Shown here in pieces: positions 24,844-37,624 of a DNA stretch of 51,219 nucleotides. Under the pieces are notes generated by a model. It was not told the DNA's origin. It worked only from the letters and a program-made list of their open reading frames with translations, and ran no database searches. How positions within the stretch are numbered: position 1 is the first letter of the stretch; each line of letters begins with the position of its first letter. The DNA comes from Phoronis australis (lineage: Eukaryota > Animalia > Phoronida). Location of the stretch: assembly GCA_002633005.1 (NCBI GenBank), contig NMRA01001131.1:1-51219 (forward strand), read 5' to 3'. A program made the position numbers and the translations under genes.

Positions 24844-26238
24844 CTAAAGTAAAACGAACAAGTAACACGAGGGTAGTTAAATAAACAGTTTTTCCAACAA
24901 CTCAATTTTCAAATATTTTCTGCCACAGGTCGAAATTGCTACCGCTATACCATGGTCAAAAAGCATCTCAAAATGTTCATTTGGACAAAAAGTGTCGATT
25001 TCTCATAAAACCGCGACATATTTGCAGTAATTTGACTGTAAAGAGCATTTTAGGGAGAAAACAGTGATTGGAAATAATCACCTGATCTTGATCATGAATG
25101 ATATCTTAGTATTAAAATTAATTCAGGCACCCTGCTTAACTTGAGAATCGACCCAAAAGTGCCTAGATTCTATCAAGAGGTTCGAAAGAGGTGAATAGTT
25201 AATGTTTATGCTAATCAAGGGCTTAATATATAGGCACATCGGGCAGTTGAGGTCAAAATTGCTTTCATAAACATAATCACATCGTAATAACTTCATTTGA
25301 ATAAAAGGCCACCGGTCCACAGTTCACAATAGTATATACAAACTTTATACATGCGTACGTAGCCATTAAAGATTTAATGACTTGCTTTCTCTATACCAGG
25401 ATCGAAACTGCGATGACAAGCTTTAATTAACTTGCGTAAAATTGATCTAATTTGACCGCTATGTGCGTATAATCATGTGAGCCTGCCTTTAAATGACCTA
25501 ATATAGATCTTTTCGAGAGATATGAATATTTACAGTTTATACTAATTAGAACATCAGTGCGCAGGCAAATCAGGACCGAAAAAATACCCTAAAAGAACCC
25601 TTTTAGCAAAGAATGTCAATTTCTTACACAATTTGCACATAGTTGCCTTAATTTGACGGATGTGTACAGTATCAGTGCAATAGCAGTGTTTGGTAAATTA
25701 TGAACAAAAGTAGGCATTAAACTCGCGCTTTCTGTCAAAAATTCAAGTAGGCCACTTACTGTTAAGAAGTTGATCTCAAATTGTGAATAAATCAGTCAAA
25801 ATAGAGGATGAAAATTGATGAACTTGGTCTAAAGAAATAACGAAATATCAGTTCTCCCGACGCACAAAGATCACTTTTAAACTGAGTAAGGAACAAGACA
25901 AGAATAATTTTATAACGGCAAGTGGCTCGAATCAAAGCGAGTTTTTTCACAGAAAGAATGGATACTGCCACTTTAAAGTGACGGAAAGAGATCGATCCCC
26001 AAGATCTATAAAAGGTCCAAGAGATATACTTAAATTTATAATAATTACGACATGATAACGACTTAATTATGCACACAAATTAGCGTTGTCTTATATCAGG
26101 ATCAAAGCAGCACCTCGAAATGGTAGTATGGAGAAAATAAGGTGATTTCTTTGAACGCTTGCTCTATTTGACCCTTAGCGTTTTTCTAAGGTTTCAAGGT
26201 GGACCGTATGATAACTTAATATACCCATCAGTAGTTAC

Positions 26239-26443
26239 CTTGCATCGCACAAAGCGCTCCATACACTCCGACGTAAAACGCCGACCCTCCGCCACTGTTC
26301 GCCATAGAATCATTAACCCACACAGTCAACCAAATGTTTGAGGAAGTGATAGCCGACACCTCGATCAAGTAAAGTAAGACGGAGAACAAAACAAGAGTGC
26401 AGCCAAATGCTTTGAAGTAACTCTTCAACACAGGGCAAGTAAT
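26239..26443 (-). CDS. ABCC1: MRP1-like exon (start of TMD2)
   Basis: tttcag|...G|gtaact, 205 nt; ITCPVLKSYFKAFG...SNIWLTVWVND...FYVGVYGALCAMQ. Confidence 0.94.
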
Positions 26444-27327
26444 CTGAAAGTGATACACGTTTCCTGTAGATAGCAAAATTACCGAGATGGGTAAACTTAC
26501 ATGTTATATAAATTTGGCCGGGATCTTGTGTCACGATTCTGTTTTTGACGATATCGCATTGCAAAGTACAGGATATGCCTCGAGTTTGCATTAATGTACG
26601 GAAAATACGTATGAAAGTGAGAAAACAGGCAAGGCCAAGGTATTGTCGGTTTTGAAAAAAGCATTCATCATACGGACTTTTAAACTGTGATTTCATGAAC
26701 GTCACAACGAACACATCCTCAGCCATTTTGCTTAATGCTACGGAGGTGAAATATCGAAAGGGCACTTTGCATACACTACCATTATACAACTGCAGCAAGT
26801 GGGTTCTGTTTGTTTTCAATTGATAAGCAACCCAAATGAGCACTGCAACGTCCATTACAACAGAGTATACCAAAACATTGAATTGGGGTCCCATGAACTG
26901 CATCTTACCAAAATATAGGCTTGCATACTTTTTACTTTTCGCTTGTCATTCCGCCATTTACATGATTTAAACTACCTGTGAACTCATATATTAAAGGCGA
27001 AGGCAACCTTTTTTCATGTCATTTTGAGCTAAAATAAGGTTGGTTGGTTATCCTAGACATATTTTCCACTTAATTACAGCTTTTCGTAATTTTATTAATT
27101 ACTCGTCCGCTACTCCGGAAGTGACGTTTTAGGAGGCAAGCGTTTCCGCCACTTGGTTTTGCGTTGAGTTTACCGTGCGAATCTGTTCTATTCTACTTTT
27201 GTTTTGTGTTGTTTTTCAACAATTGTCGCCATCACTTTCCATCGGCGAGTATTCTGCGGCAAGATAGGTTAGTAGAGAACTCAACTGCGTTGGATTTAGG
27301 GATTGTTTAGTGTGTTGTAAGCTGAAA

Positions 27328-27600
27328 ATGGCTGGAGTCGGTGACCCGTATCACAGTGACAGTAGTGTGAGTGACGGAGACCTTGTTCACAGCAGTGGTG
27401 ACGAGGAATTTTTTCACGGACATTCAGTGGGTGGGTACATGTTTGAGCCCGAGTACAACGAGGCAGAGTACACACAGGCACAGGCAGCTGTTGAGAGAAA
27501 CGAGGCGGCTACTGAAGACAGACGTGGTGACACATCTTGGTGCAAATGCACTGTGTGCGTTGTTATGCCTACCTCAATTGAATGCTTGTGCTGTTCCGAG
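27328..27600 (+). pseudogene. KolX-like (P2X7 cytoplasmic ballast-like, Cys-rich) ORF, 3'-truncated
   Basis: Acidic N-terminus, GYMFEPEY, and WCKCTVCVVMPTSIECLCCSE; ends at the deletion junction. Confidence 0.85.
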
Positions 27601-28667
27601 TTCCACATCAATTATCTTTTTGGTCTCTTCCTCCATTAGAGTGTATGTGGTATACTTGGCGGACCGCCCTGGTGAGTCAGACAAGTTCTCCTTCTCCATG
27701 AATTCCGCCACCAACTCGAGATGTTGTGACATGTATGCGTCATTGACAACTGGTATTAAATAGGAATTCTGAATGTTGTTGAATGTTGTTTTCGAAAAAA
27801 AACTTGACTTTTCCAAAGTCCATCATTGTCTTCACCGACTGAAACGTGTTTCCAGTGAAGAGCACACCACTGGACATGGTTAAGTGGACCTCCGGCATAC
27901 CACGGACAGAGGAACAACTGTCCCACTTGCCAGAGTGTCCCGTGACACACTCCCACTGGATGGTGACCTGAGCACCCAAACTGCTTACATTGTGTCGTGT
28001 GACTCCCTCGCCACACACCTGGCACCTTCTAAATAGCTCCAACACTTTAGACAAGTCCACAATAAACTTATCAAAGTTTGGCTCACCGATCTGTTCACTG
28101 GACGACGAACTGTCCTCTTCACTGGGTGTCGAACTGGGCCTGTAATCACTCCCACTACTCAATATCGCTGCAGGGCTGCTTAGAGGCTCTGGGCTGGAGA
28201 AAACAGCACAGGGCGAATCACTACTGGTTCCAGGAATGGCACGCTCTGGGGTACGTTCGGAGGCACGGGCGACAGTAGATGAAGTGCCTCCACTGGCTCC
28301 AGTCACTGTACTGGCCACAGCTCGCGAGACTTCTCGCTTCAAAAACGCACTTCTCGGGGGTGGCGACGGGGCACTGTCGGGAATCAACACACGGAATGGC
28401 ATCCTTGTTCAGGCGTTGTTTCGCAGGGACCTTCATCAGTTCAGCGTACAAATCCCTTTCGTAATCGGACGGCAGAAAATGCTTGCCACACACACGGTAA
28501 TTCTCGACTGCTTTGTACGTTGCGTGGACGGGTAACTCTGCGTTCTTCACACGAACGAGCCAAGTACGGCGAAATGTGTCATCCATCGGAAAGCGATGCA
28601 AAGGTTCTCCCAAAGCGCGCATGGGACGATAATTAGTACATCCCGGTACGCAGCAACAGTGTGGCAT
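27597..28667 (-). pseudogene. THAP-domain Kolobok transposase, frameshifted and 3'-truncated
   Basis: THAP CCVPGC...LHRFP...W...VCGKHF...DAIP; FIVDLSKVLELFRRCQVC...CVTGH..W; DSPGRSAKYTTYTLM; spread over three frames, with most of the catalytic domain deleted. Confidence 0.9.
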
Positions 28668-29270
28668 GTTGACTGACTAGTAAATGAAAGCAAACGAGGA
28701 AGGAACTTAACACAACCGAGGTAGAACAATGACTGACTCGGCAGCTCTCACAGTCAGACTATATGAAAAGAAATTGGCGCGAAATGCTTGCCTCCTAAAA
28801 CGTCATTTCCGGAGTAGCGGACGAGTAATTAACAAAATTACGAAAAGCTGTAATTAAGTGGAAAATATGTCTAGGATAACCAACCAACCTTATTTTAGCT
28901 CAAAATGACATGAAAAGAGGTTGCCTTCGCCTTTAAAGCATTCACTGGGCTCATTGGCTGGCATTCGAGTTACTACATGACGTCATTCGGTAAAAAGTGA
29001 GGTCACAAGATGGCAGACGATTTGATTCGTAGTTGTTATAGGACGGTAAATAGAGGCGAAATGTAACCGGCAAGACCGTTTGCAGTTTTCGAAACGTGTC
29101 AAAGGAATTTGACTTGGTTAGTACTAGTACACTGAACAAGAATGTTCTTGCCATTCTTTTGATTTATATAATTTTACCCAGGGATGGAAAACCCTGCGCA
29201 TGGTGGGCCTTGGCTAAGTAGACTGTCGATAATCCCCTCAAATTACTTACTCTTCCGAATTGTGACTTAC

Positions 29271-29379
29271 TCGCCCGCTTTCTGAAGTTTCCACTTCTGT
29301 CAATTTGCAGTTCTCTTCCACGTCTATGGCTCGATGACCTTGGTCCAAAGTCCATGAATTTTTGTGTACTCGCTGTCTA
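29271..29379 (-). CDS. ABCC1: MRP1-like exon (end of linker)
   Basis: ttacag|...CGA|gtaagt, 109 nt; ...KLTEVETSESGR, compared with MRP1 KLMEADKAQTGQ. Confidence 0.88.
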
Positions 29380-29766
29380 CTGTAATTTATCAAAAATCTA
29401 AGCAAAGGCAGTGCAAAGATTTTGTACATGTTAAAATTACTTATCTGTGCCGCCTAAGGGATCTGTCACACCAAGGTAGTTCTCAGAACGATCTCAAAAA
29501 CGGGAAAACAGTCGAATGCTGAAACCTTCTAAGCGTTGCCCAAACTGTGTAAGTAGCTCGTGGTCCGTGTCGCATTCCAGGAATTATTTGGGCAAAAGTT
29601 CACAGTTTCCGTGTAATCTGATGTAATTGGATCCGAAGTCAACTAAAAAAATGTCCTTAGTAACGAAAGTAAAATACAAAATAGAAGGACTCCCAAAATC
29701 TTTTCTGCCTCTTAAGACGACACATCCACATACAACAATGCAAGTTTAACGACTGTATCTACTCAC

Positions 29767-29884
29767 CGCCTCGCTTTCAAGTTTTCATTTATTAATTCCT
29801 CGTCTACACTACACGCATACCCGCTTTCTCCACATGATTCTTGCGTCAGCATATGAACTCGACGCCGTACTTCGAACATGATGT
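29767..29884 (-). CDS. ABCC1: MRP1-like exon (linker)
   Basis: ttttag|...CG|gtgagt, 118 nt, open, and its phases (1 to 2) bridge the neighbouring exons exactly; DIMFEVRRRVHMLTQES...LKARR. The linker is poorly conserved, so this rests on splice signals and phase. Confidence 0.8.
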
Positions 29885-30469
29885 CTAAAATGTGCAGGGT
29901 TATCCATAACTATTTATTATAAACTACACAATAAACAATTCATTCAATAAGTTTTGTGACCGAGGAAGTCCATATGTTTGACAAGGAAAAACACTCTGTA
30001 TCTCAAGATCCCCGTTCCCTGTGAATATCAAGCATCTGACTAAACATAAAGCGGTACCAGAGTACGAAAGACTTTCGCGTTACTTTATTTCAAATTCCGT
30101 TGTGCACGACGCGTAATTATTTCCATACACGGACATTTTGCGTCCTTACATTTTTGAAAATATCCCATCTGACAACAGTGGTTACATTGTAAACAAATCT
30201 AGGGCTCTTCACTTTATTCCCCTGAGGACACATCAACACTGATGTCGGAGGTTCGCTACTCCGGCTACTTACAGTCTAATCAATCGACCATTCCTTAGTT
30301 GGGTGTCGACAGAAGAAAGCAGATGCATTTACCTATTACCAGCGATTGTACTTTCAGTATTAAAATTTCTTGCATCAAGTTATTGCATAAGTTACAAACG
30401 TTCCTGAGTGATGTAATCAGGTATGAGTATGGATTGCAAAATGAAGAACAAAGGGAACGTTTACATTAC

Positions 30470-30659
30470 CTTTGTCTGAACTGTCACCATCACTCACGTC
30501 TTCGTCGTTGAGATAACACTGGATGAATTCTGTAAAGGCTCCCTCATGACTTACCAGACTCTCGTAAGTTCCATGCTCGGATATCGTACCATCTTTCACC
30601 AAGTAAATAAGGTCAACGTGTGGAAGATACTGCAGCCCGTTTGTGACAAGAATTCGTGT
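30470..30659 (-). CDS. ABCC1: MRP1-like exon (end of NBD1)
   Basis: tttcag|...G|gtaatg, 190 nt; TRILVTNGLQYLPHVDLIYLVKDGTISEHGTYESL. Confidence 0.95.
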
Positions 30660-31086
30660 CTGAAATTAACAAAAATAGTGACGGACCAGTATCATAACCA
30701 GGAAAGGGTCGACAAACCCTCTAGGTTCGAGACTGTGGTGTTATGTAATAAACAAAATACACAATGTAATATATGGCGACAACGAATTTACCTGACGCCA
30801 ACGAAGCTATACATGGCTGAAATGACGGCTCTGTTGTTACATTTGACCAAATTATAATAATTCAGTAAATTCTACAGCGGAAAATCAACGCTGTCACCAA
30901 TAAGCTAGAACTGGCAATTGGTGTCAAAGCCGCCAAATATATGCTTATGGTGACAGTTGGCAAGAAGATGTCGTTATAGGATCGATATGAGGATGAATGA
31001 CACGAAATGAGTATAAAAGGCAACTACAAAATATGCACCACTGCTAACATTTAGATAGCATTTTGATTAAACGGACAAGGTTGCTA

Positions 31087-31299
<213 letters not shown>

Positions 31300-31840
31300 C
31301 TATATAATATACCTAACACGATGCCTGGAAATCATTGGGGAACTTTATTGATTTAGTTGGTTGCTAAAACGTGGAGCCGGCGACTTCTTTTGTCATTTAT
31401 TATGAATTCGTTATATTCCTCTTACACTTATTCATTTAAGTAGTTTGTTGAAAAGAAAACAAAGACACGGTCATGTAAAACGCATAACAACACAAAATCA
31501 ATTTTCGTTGGTCCAAATATCTAACTGACTAGTTACGCAAGTAAGCGAGAGTGCATCTAAAGACAACTAGTAACCGTATTAAAAATACAAAAGTGGTGTA
31601 GCCGTATCTGTGAATGACAACAAGCCATCACATTTGCAAAATCGTAATTCCTGATTTATTTTGCCGTGCCGTTACATATTAACTTGAACGGCAAGAATGT
31701 TTGAGTACGTTTGCAAATAAACGCAGAGACAAACTCAGTAAAGTCCAGTCGTACGCGAGGCTTTGGCCTGCAAACTGACGACAAAAATTTGTTTGCTTGT
31801 CACAACATGAATCTTGCCTATTTAGACAGACGTCAAATAC

Positions 31841-32017
31841 CTTTTCACCAATTTCGGTCAAATCTCCACCGGGAAACGTTGCCAAGTCATTTTTCAAAGC
31901 GCATACTCTCACAACTCTATGGTAAAGGTCGAGATGGAAATCTTTGAAGAGCAGAATGTTTTCTCGTACGCTGGCATTCGATATCCAAGCTTGTTGAGGG
32001 ATATAGGCAATGGAGCC
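31841..32017 (-). CDS. ABCC1: MRP1-like exon (NBD1 Q-loop)
   Basis: ttgcag|...AAG|gtattt, 177 nt; GSIAYIPQQAWISNASVRENIL...GDLTEIGEK. Confidence 0.96.
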
Positions 32018-33124
32018 CTGCAATGAAAAATCACGAAGGTAAAGTGTATCTCACATACGGTACCAATGAACAGTGGATCTAGCTGTTACGTTAAGGTCAT
32101 GGAGGACCCTAGAAAATGAACAATATTAGTCAAATTCAGAACATCGTATCTCAGAAATTCCTGATCGGATTCACATGAAACTTTCAGATACTATACTTCA
32201 TACAATGTTCTACAAAAGGAATATTTTAAATGTGATGATCTAGCTTTGCATGAAGGGGCTATCAAAATAGGACTGATGAGAGTTTCATGAAAAAATATTT
32301 TTAAATTCAATAAGTCAATTTTGCGACTGCAAAACCACAGGCCCCATCTAGCAAGGAATAACGGAGACAACTGTCGCTTTTTTCTCGAATTGTATATCAC
32401 TTGAGAAAAATTGATGATTTGACAGATATCATCAATTGCTGCACACTTCATGATCTTTCGACATACAGATATTTTCAAATTGAGGAACCCCACCCTTGAA
32501 GGAGGCCATTGATGACATTCGCGTGGCCACCTTTTTATGTTTTTATTAACAAATTCTTAAGGGTCCACTCACGGAGAGAAGACCCAGAGTTGGACCCGAT
32601 TACCTATAGTTTCCTGTTTTTTGTGAACTCGTGCAACCGACTTTCATGTCAGGAGGGTCACTTCCTGTACCGTCTTGTGACCACACGACGGTGGAATGAA
32701 TTATCACTCATTTTCAAGCTTAATGATGTTTAGCCTTTCATAATTAAGGTGTCCCATTTCAGACGTCACCCTCTCTCGGTGGAGCATTTCGTGGAAATGT
32801 TCCTTTGTTCCTCTATACATGTAATCTGACACTGCCAAGTATTCACGAGGGAAGTCGAGATTCTAAATTCATAAAAACACAAAACATTCGTGCACATTGG
32901 TATCAAGACATTCGTCTCAAACAACCAAAAGTGTGAAAAAATACAATAGCATTGACCGCCATCGAAAGGGTGGAATTTTGAAGAACGTGAAGACGGCTAT
33001 TTGTTAACTACACAAAAGGACTATTTCCGATGGTTAGTTATAGAATAATTTTACTGTTTCCCATGGTATCACAAGAATAGTATCTCTTTTGAAAATGGTA
33101 ATTATGAATTGTTTGTAAGAAATT

Positions 33125-35280
33125 CCTACGTGTGCACAAGAAGGCCATGGCTCGGAAGCAGAGTCAAGAGATCAAAACTCATCTTGGGACCAGGCAACAA
33201 AGACCAACGGGCTGTTGCAGCACTTTCCGAGGGGCCCCTCTTCACTGTATGAGAAGGGGGCGTCAACTACCACCACCAGCCCTCACAGACCAGAGGGAAA
33301 AGCTCCCGACCGCGTCGCGGTGGACGGGACAAGGTATGTACTTGCCAAACGCACTAACAGTGCCAGTACAACCACCCATTTCAGAGGTAGCAGGTTGCAC
33401 ACTGGTCAATAGAAGTGCCAAGCCTAGACGTCCCACTAGACGTACTCGCAAGAACTTCACACACTCAGCTTCGCACTCTGGGCATGTTTGCCTCTGTTAC
33501 CTCAGCACATACAACGCCGCTAAGCGGACGAATCGCCCAATTTCTCCACAATTGGCGGAAACTAACAAACGACAACTGGGTGCTACACACAGTTCAGGGT
33601 TACGCACTCGATCTTTTCGAACGACCAACTCAGGAAACAATTTTCTGCCCCACATTCTGAAAAACGGAGGCAAAGCTGCTCACAGAAAAAGTGCCGGCCC
33701 TTCTGAATAAAGGTACAATCGCTCCAGTAACACCCAGTGTTGATCAATTTGTAGGACATCATTTCCTAAGGGAGAAAAAGAATGGCACTTTTGGACCAGT
33801 GTTCAACCTGCGACCACTTAACAGGTTCATGACGAACATTTCAAAACGGAAGGCATAACAACACTGGTATCACTGATTCTTATTTCTGCGTCTCAATAGC
33901 ACAGCAACACCGTCATTATCTGAGGTTTGTATGGAACCTACCAAGTACGAGTTTCAGGTTTGCCCTTTCAGACTGAGCTCAGCCCCTCGAGTTTTCACAA
34001 AGCTCCTGAAGCCGGTCGCGGCATTCTTGCGAAGAATGGGTGTCAGGCTGTTGATCTACCTCGACGACATTATCATACTGAACCAAACGAGGGAAGACTT
34101 AGAAACCAACAGGGACTCGGCTCTCTGGCTCTTCCAGACGTTAGGGTTTGTTATAAATTGGGAGAAATCGCAGTCAGGCAGTAGAGTACCTGGGTTTCGT
34201 TGTGGTTTCTCAGAAAATGAATCTGTCCTTGCCAGAAGGGAAAATAACAAAAGTGCTACACAAATGAAAACAAATACTGGACCAAACAACGGTTACTGTC
34301 AGGGAACTATCACAACTCATAGGGCAGCTCAGTGCATCCACTCTGGCACCTATTTCTGAGTTACATCAGACCTCACAAGGTTGTGATGGCTTGTTCTGTT
34401 GCGAGATGGCTCAACGATATTATGGCTGCAGCCGAAATTGATATTTCAATTTTCGAAGCATATTCAACTAGAGCTGCATCATTTTCAAAGGCCAGGGATT
34501 TAGGGACCTGTGCACGGCAGGTAATAGCCTGTGCCAACTGGGCCAATGTTAACACTTTCAATAAATTCTACAACAAACCTATTCAAGCTCAGACTGCGCT
34601 CCCAGGCACTGAGACCCAGAGTTTGTAAAATAAAGTGTTAACAATGTAGCTTTAAACATGCAATTATAACTATATCTGTTGTTACGAAATGAAATTGTTA
34701 ATTTCATAAATGATTGTAAAGCATGACATGAAATTTTGAGCAAGAACGAAGTAGTTATAATAATCTCACCCAATTATGCCCAATCCTGACGAGTTGAATG
34801 CGTGTGTCCTAAGGGAGTGCTATTAGCATGATATCAGAAGAAGATACACTATGACTGACACGGCTATTTCTTTTTATTATTACAGTTAAGTTCTGAATGG
34901 TGATAGAGACGTGTAAATATGTTCGTTAATTCATAACCTGACTATGATAAGACGCTATGAGTTACTACAGTTATAGACTAAGGAGTTTCGTTAGAAGAAC
35001 TGTTTGCGTGGTTTGGTGGGGGAAGTCGACAGTTCGTAGGACTTAATGAGTGAGTAAAATTTTCTCTTCTCTATAGAATTTAGTTAGTTACCCAAACTAA
35101 ATTCTATCTTTCCTTGTTGTAAATAATCGAATTTTGCCGAAGGATACGTGCGCGATTTCCTTCTTTGCATGACTAGTGCGCAAGCATTCTGGCGCAGAAT
35201 GCAATTATTATAACTACTTCGTTCTTACTCATGAAATCAAAATTTCATGTCATATTTTACACGCCTTTATGAAATTAACA
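33125..35280 (+). mobile_element. DIRS-like tyrosine-recombinase retrotransposon remnant
   Basis: GRIAQFLHNW...WVL; RT PFRLSSAPRVFTKLL...IYLDD; recombinase C-terminus (H>Y)STRAAS...ANW...TFNKFYNKPI; 34696-34764 is complementary to the end 35204-35280. The 5' boundary is approximate. Confidence 0.92.
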
Positions 35281-35401
35281 GCTTGTCGTTAAGGTCCCGA
35301 ACATTAAACATTTCACCAACTTGTAAATCGAAGGATGACGGAAACGGTTTGGCTGTTAAACTACAAAACTGAGATACATGATGTATAATTCATTTACTCA
35401 C

Positions 35402-35528
35402 GTCCACGTTAACACTACCAGACCGTTTTGACATTTTTCCCAATATGGCGGAAATGATTGACGTCTTTCCGCTTCCCACGGTTCCCACGATGGCAACTAA
35501 CTTTCCCTTTGGGACCTCAATATTTACA
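35402..35528 (-). CDS. ABCC1: MRP1-like exon (NBD1 Walker A)
   Basis: tttcag|...|gtgagt, 127 nt; VNIEVPKGKLVAIVGTVGSGKTSIISAILG. Confidence 0.96.
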
Positions 35529-35979
35529 CTGAAAAGGAGAATATAAATGTGTGTCGGAGGAGAATTCATATTGTCCAGCATCAAACCTAAATAATAAGCG
35601 AATAACGTAAAACGGTAGATAAACAGTTGTTATACTTTTCAACTCTGCTTCACTAAAGACTTCTACAGTTCAGAAGAATTATGCTGATTTGAAGAACAAT
35701 ACTAAAACTTCCCAGGGGCTAAAAGGGAGATGGGTGTTCATCAAACAAAACCAAGTTACGGTCAGGACAACTGCTGTATGCAATATCAAATGTTGTTTAA
35801 TTAAAATGCTACCACAACAAAACAAAACCTGGATAAAACAAGTTACACTGCACTACAAAACTTGTGGTAATGTCTTGGACAGACTTGGATAAAGTCATCA
35901 TAAAACCTATAAATAATTTATCACACTTCTTAACAGCAACATCAACTTCGTAATAGATATTTCAAAATATGACCTGAAA

Positions 35980-36691
35980 ACCTAACATCGGCAACTCTCA
36001 CTAGCTCATCGCCACTCACGAAGACTTTGGTAACTTATGCGACTCTCCAATACTTCGTTTGACGCCGTCTACAGATAACACTACATCACCAGTAACACGA
36101 TGACGTCAGAATACTTAAGACGACATGGACATGTGTGGATCTCCTACATCCAACACTTCCCAAACTCGTCTGCCATTGAGTCGCATAGCTCATGACTCTT
36201 TCTCAAAGCATCTGGAGGCAGAATATTTCACCTTTTCCAACCATGAAATGATTGGGAGTAACACGTGGTTCATCCACAGGAGATGAGGAGATTACAGTTA
36301 AAGGTCGGTCATTCAGCAACGCCGGGGTCTGAGAACATATTATCAAGTTTGTCTGCTAGAGAAATGAATAGCTTCGATTTTTTCACTTCTTGAACCATGC
36401 GTTCAACGTGGCCTTAGTGATGTAACTCTTTTTGGAGACCAAATCTCCACTCCACGTAGTAACATTGGGTGTACAATTGACACTGGTCTTTGTTAAAACC
36501 CATATTAACTCGTTTACTACGATTTTTGCTCAATGAAAGTTCGTGGTTATGTCGCTAAGCATCAGAGCTGTAACTCCACGAACACTGACAAAGCGCTCAA
36601 AGGCTTGAAGAAAAGCTGGTGTAATAGGTCCTGGACACACGTCAGATGATTTGTTCATGACATAGTGCAAGTGAACACCACACATTAGCCT
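35980..36691 (-). mobile_element. Degenerate BEL/Pao LTR retrotransposon integrase fragment
   Basis: Manual minus-strand translation across frames gives GVHL, FLQAFERFVSVRG...MLSD..TNF, GHVERMVQEVK, LNDRPLT...TPNHFMVG, YWRVA, SGDELVRVADVR. Not in the ORF track. Confidence 0.8.
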
Positions 36692-36695
36692 TTAA

Positions 36696-37185
36696 AGGAG
36701 AATGTCACCCGATTTAATTAGTCTTTTTTACCGTCTTAATCGGTCTATATCCACATCACTTCCCAGAAAGGTGTCGCGTTTACCTGTGAGGAAAGTGAAA
36801 AACTATGCAGCGACGTCAGTGATTCTTCTGCAGAGTGAGTGGTGCTATGGTGTGGTGTATCGTTACCGCTTGTGCGAACAATGAAGGTGCGAGGAAAGCG
36901 GGTATATCGTTTTTTCAATTTCCTCGAGAGCCCATAATGCTTCGAAAGTGGCTCGCGGTAGAATGAAAAGTACACCGTTAATGCCAAGTATGAGGCCGTG
37001 TAACTTCTATGTGTCTGTCAGTGGCCTGCAGTCATCGGTTGTTGATCAGTTTCTGATTATGGAGAATTGTAATTAGCCAACATTGGGTTTCGGAACTATC
37101 TAGGTGTTCCGTTGTCTGCACACGCTCACGTTATTTCTTGATCAGTGTATTCCGGTTCGAACTGATAGCCTGTGAAACCTAACAC
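36696..37185 (-). mobile_element. Kolobok family B right end, inverted and truncated
   Basis: TTAA at 36692-36695, then AGGAGAATGTCACCCGATTTAATTAG; reverse complement of about 38808-39305. Confidence 0.85.
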
Positions 37186-37186
37186 G

Positions 37187-37624
37187 TTACAATGTTAGAG
37201 TTTCCTGTCTAATACCATAAGCCTTTAATATAAATAAGGATAGTCTTTTCAAAAGATTTCCAGAGTTTGTTTTGAATAAGTATTTGACGTTTTCGATGTC
37301 TGTATGCTGTCGGGATATTTCTGGTAAAAAATTCTTTCTAATGTCGTTAAGTACGGGGCAGTTAAGTAATAAGTGTATTTCGTCTTCAATTTCTGAACGG
37401 TTGCAAATTTCGCAAAGTCTATCCTCCTTTGGAATGTCATGGTGCCTACCAGTTTCTATTTTCAGTTGGTGTCCAGAGCACCTGAATTTGGCTAAAATTC
37501 TACGTAGAGTTGGTGGTAGACTGTAAAGATATTCTTCACAAGATAAATCTGTTTTGATAATAGAGTAAAACGAGCACTTGCTAGAGCTCTGCACTGATGT
37601 CCTCCATAATTCACTAAAACAGCA
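37187..37624 (-). mobile_element. LINE 3' fragment (RTE-X-like C-terminal zinc knuckle)
   Basis: KFRCSGHQLKIETGRH...RLCEIC...EDEIHLLLNC, homologous to the end of the 10140-12065 element. Confidence 0.85.

Larger units (their letters stand above)
26995..28932. mobile_element. Kolobok family A internally deleted element (THAP transposase plus convergent KolX-like ORF)
   Basis: TTAA at 26991-26994 and 28933-28936; about 146-bp TIRs with about 3 mismatches; two convergent coding remnants. Confidence 0.95.

Noticed and set aside
26313-26903. 196-aa minus-strand ORF overlapping an ABCC exon
   Set aside because: Different frame from the exon, no recognisable motifs; most likely a chance intronic ORF.
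30120-30400. Candidate extra linker exon between 30470 and 29884
   Set aside because: Most phase-compatible frames hit stops, and the flanking exons already join in phase.
32270-32295. CTGATGAG...GAAA hammerhead-like core
   Set aside because: No convincing stem II or flanking stems; probably chance in AT-rich repeat DNA.
32091-32500. Possible further TTAA-bounded non-autonomous element
   Set aside because: The ends show only weak inverted similarity and the right TTAA is absent; no second copy in the window.
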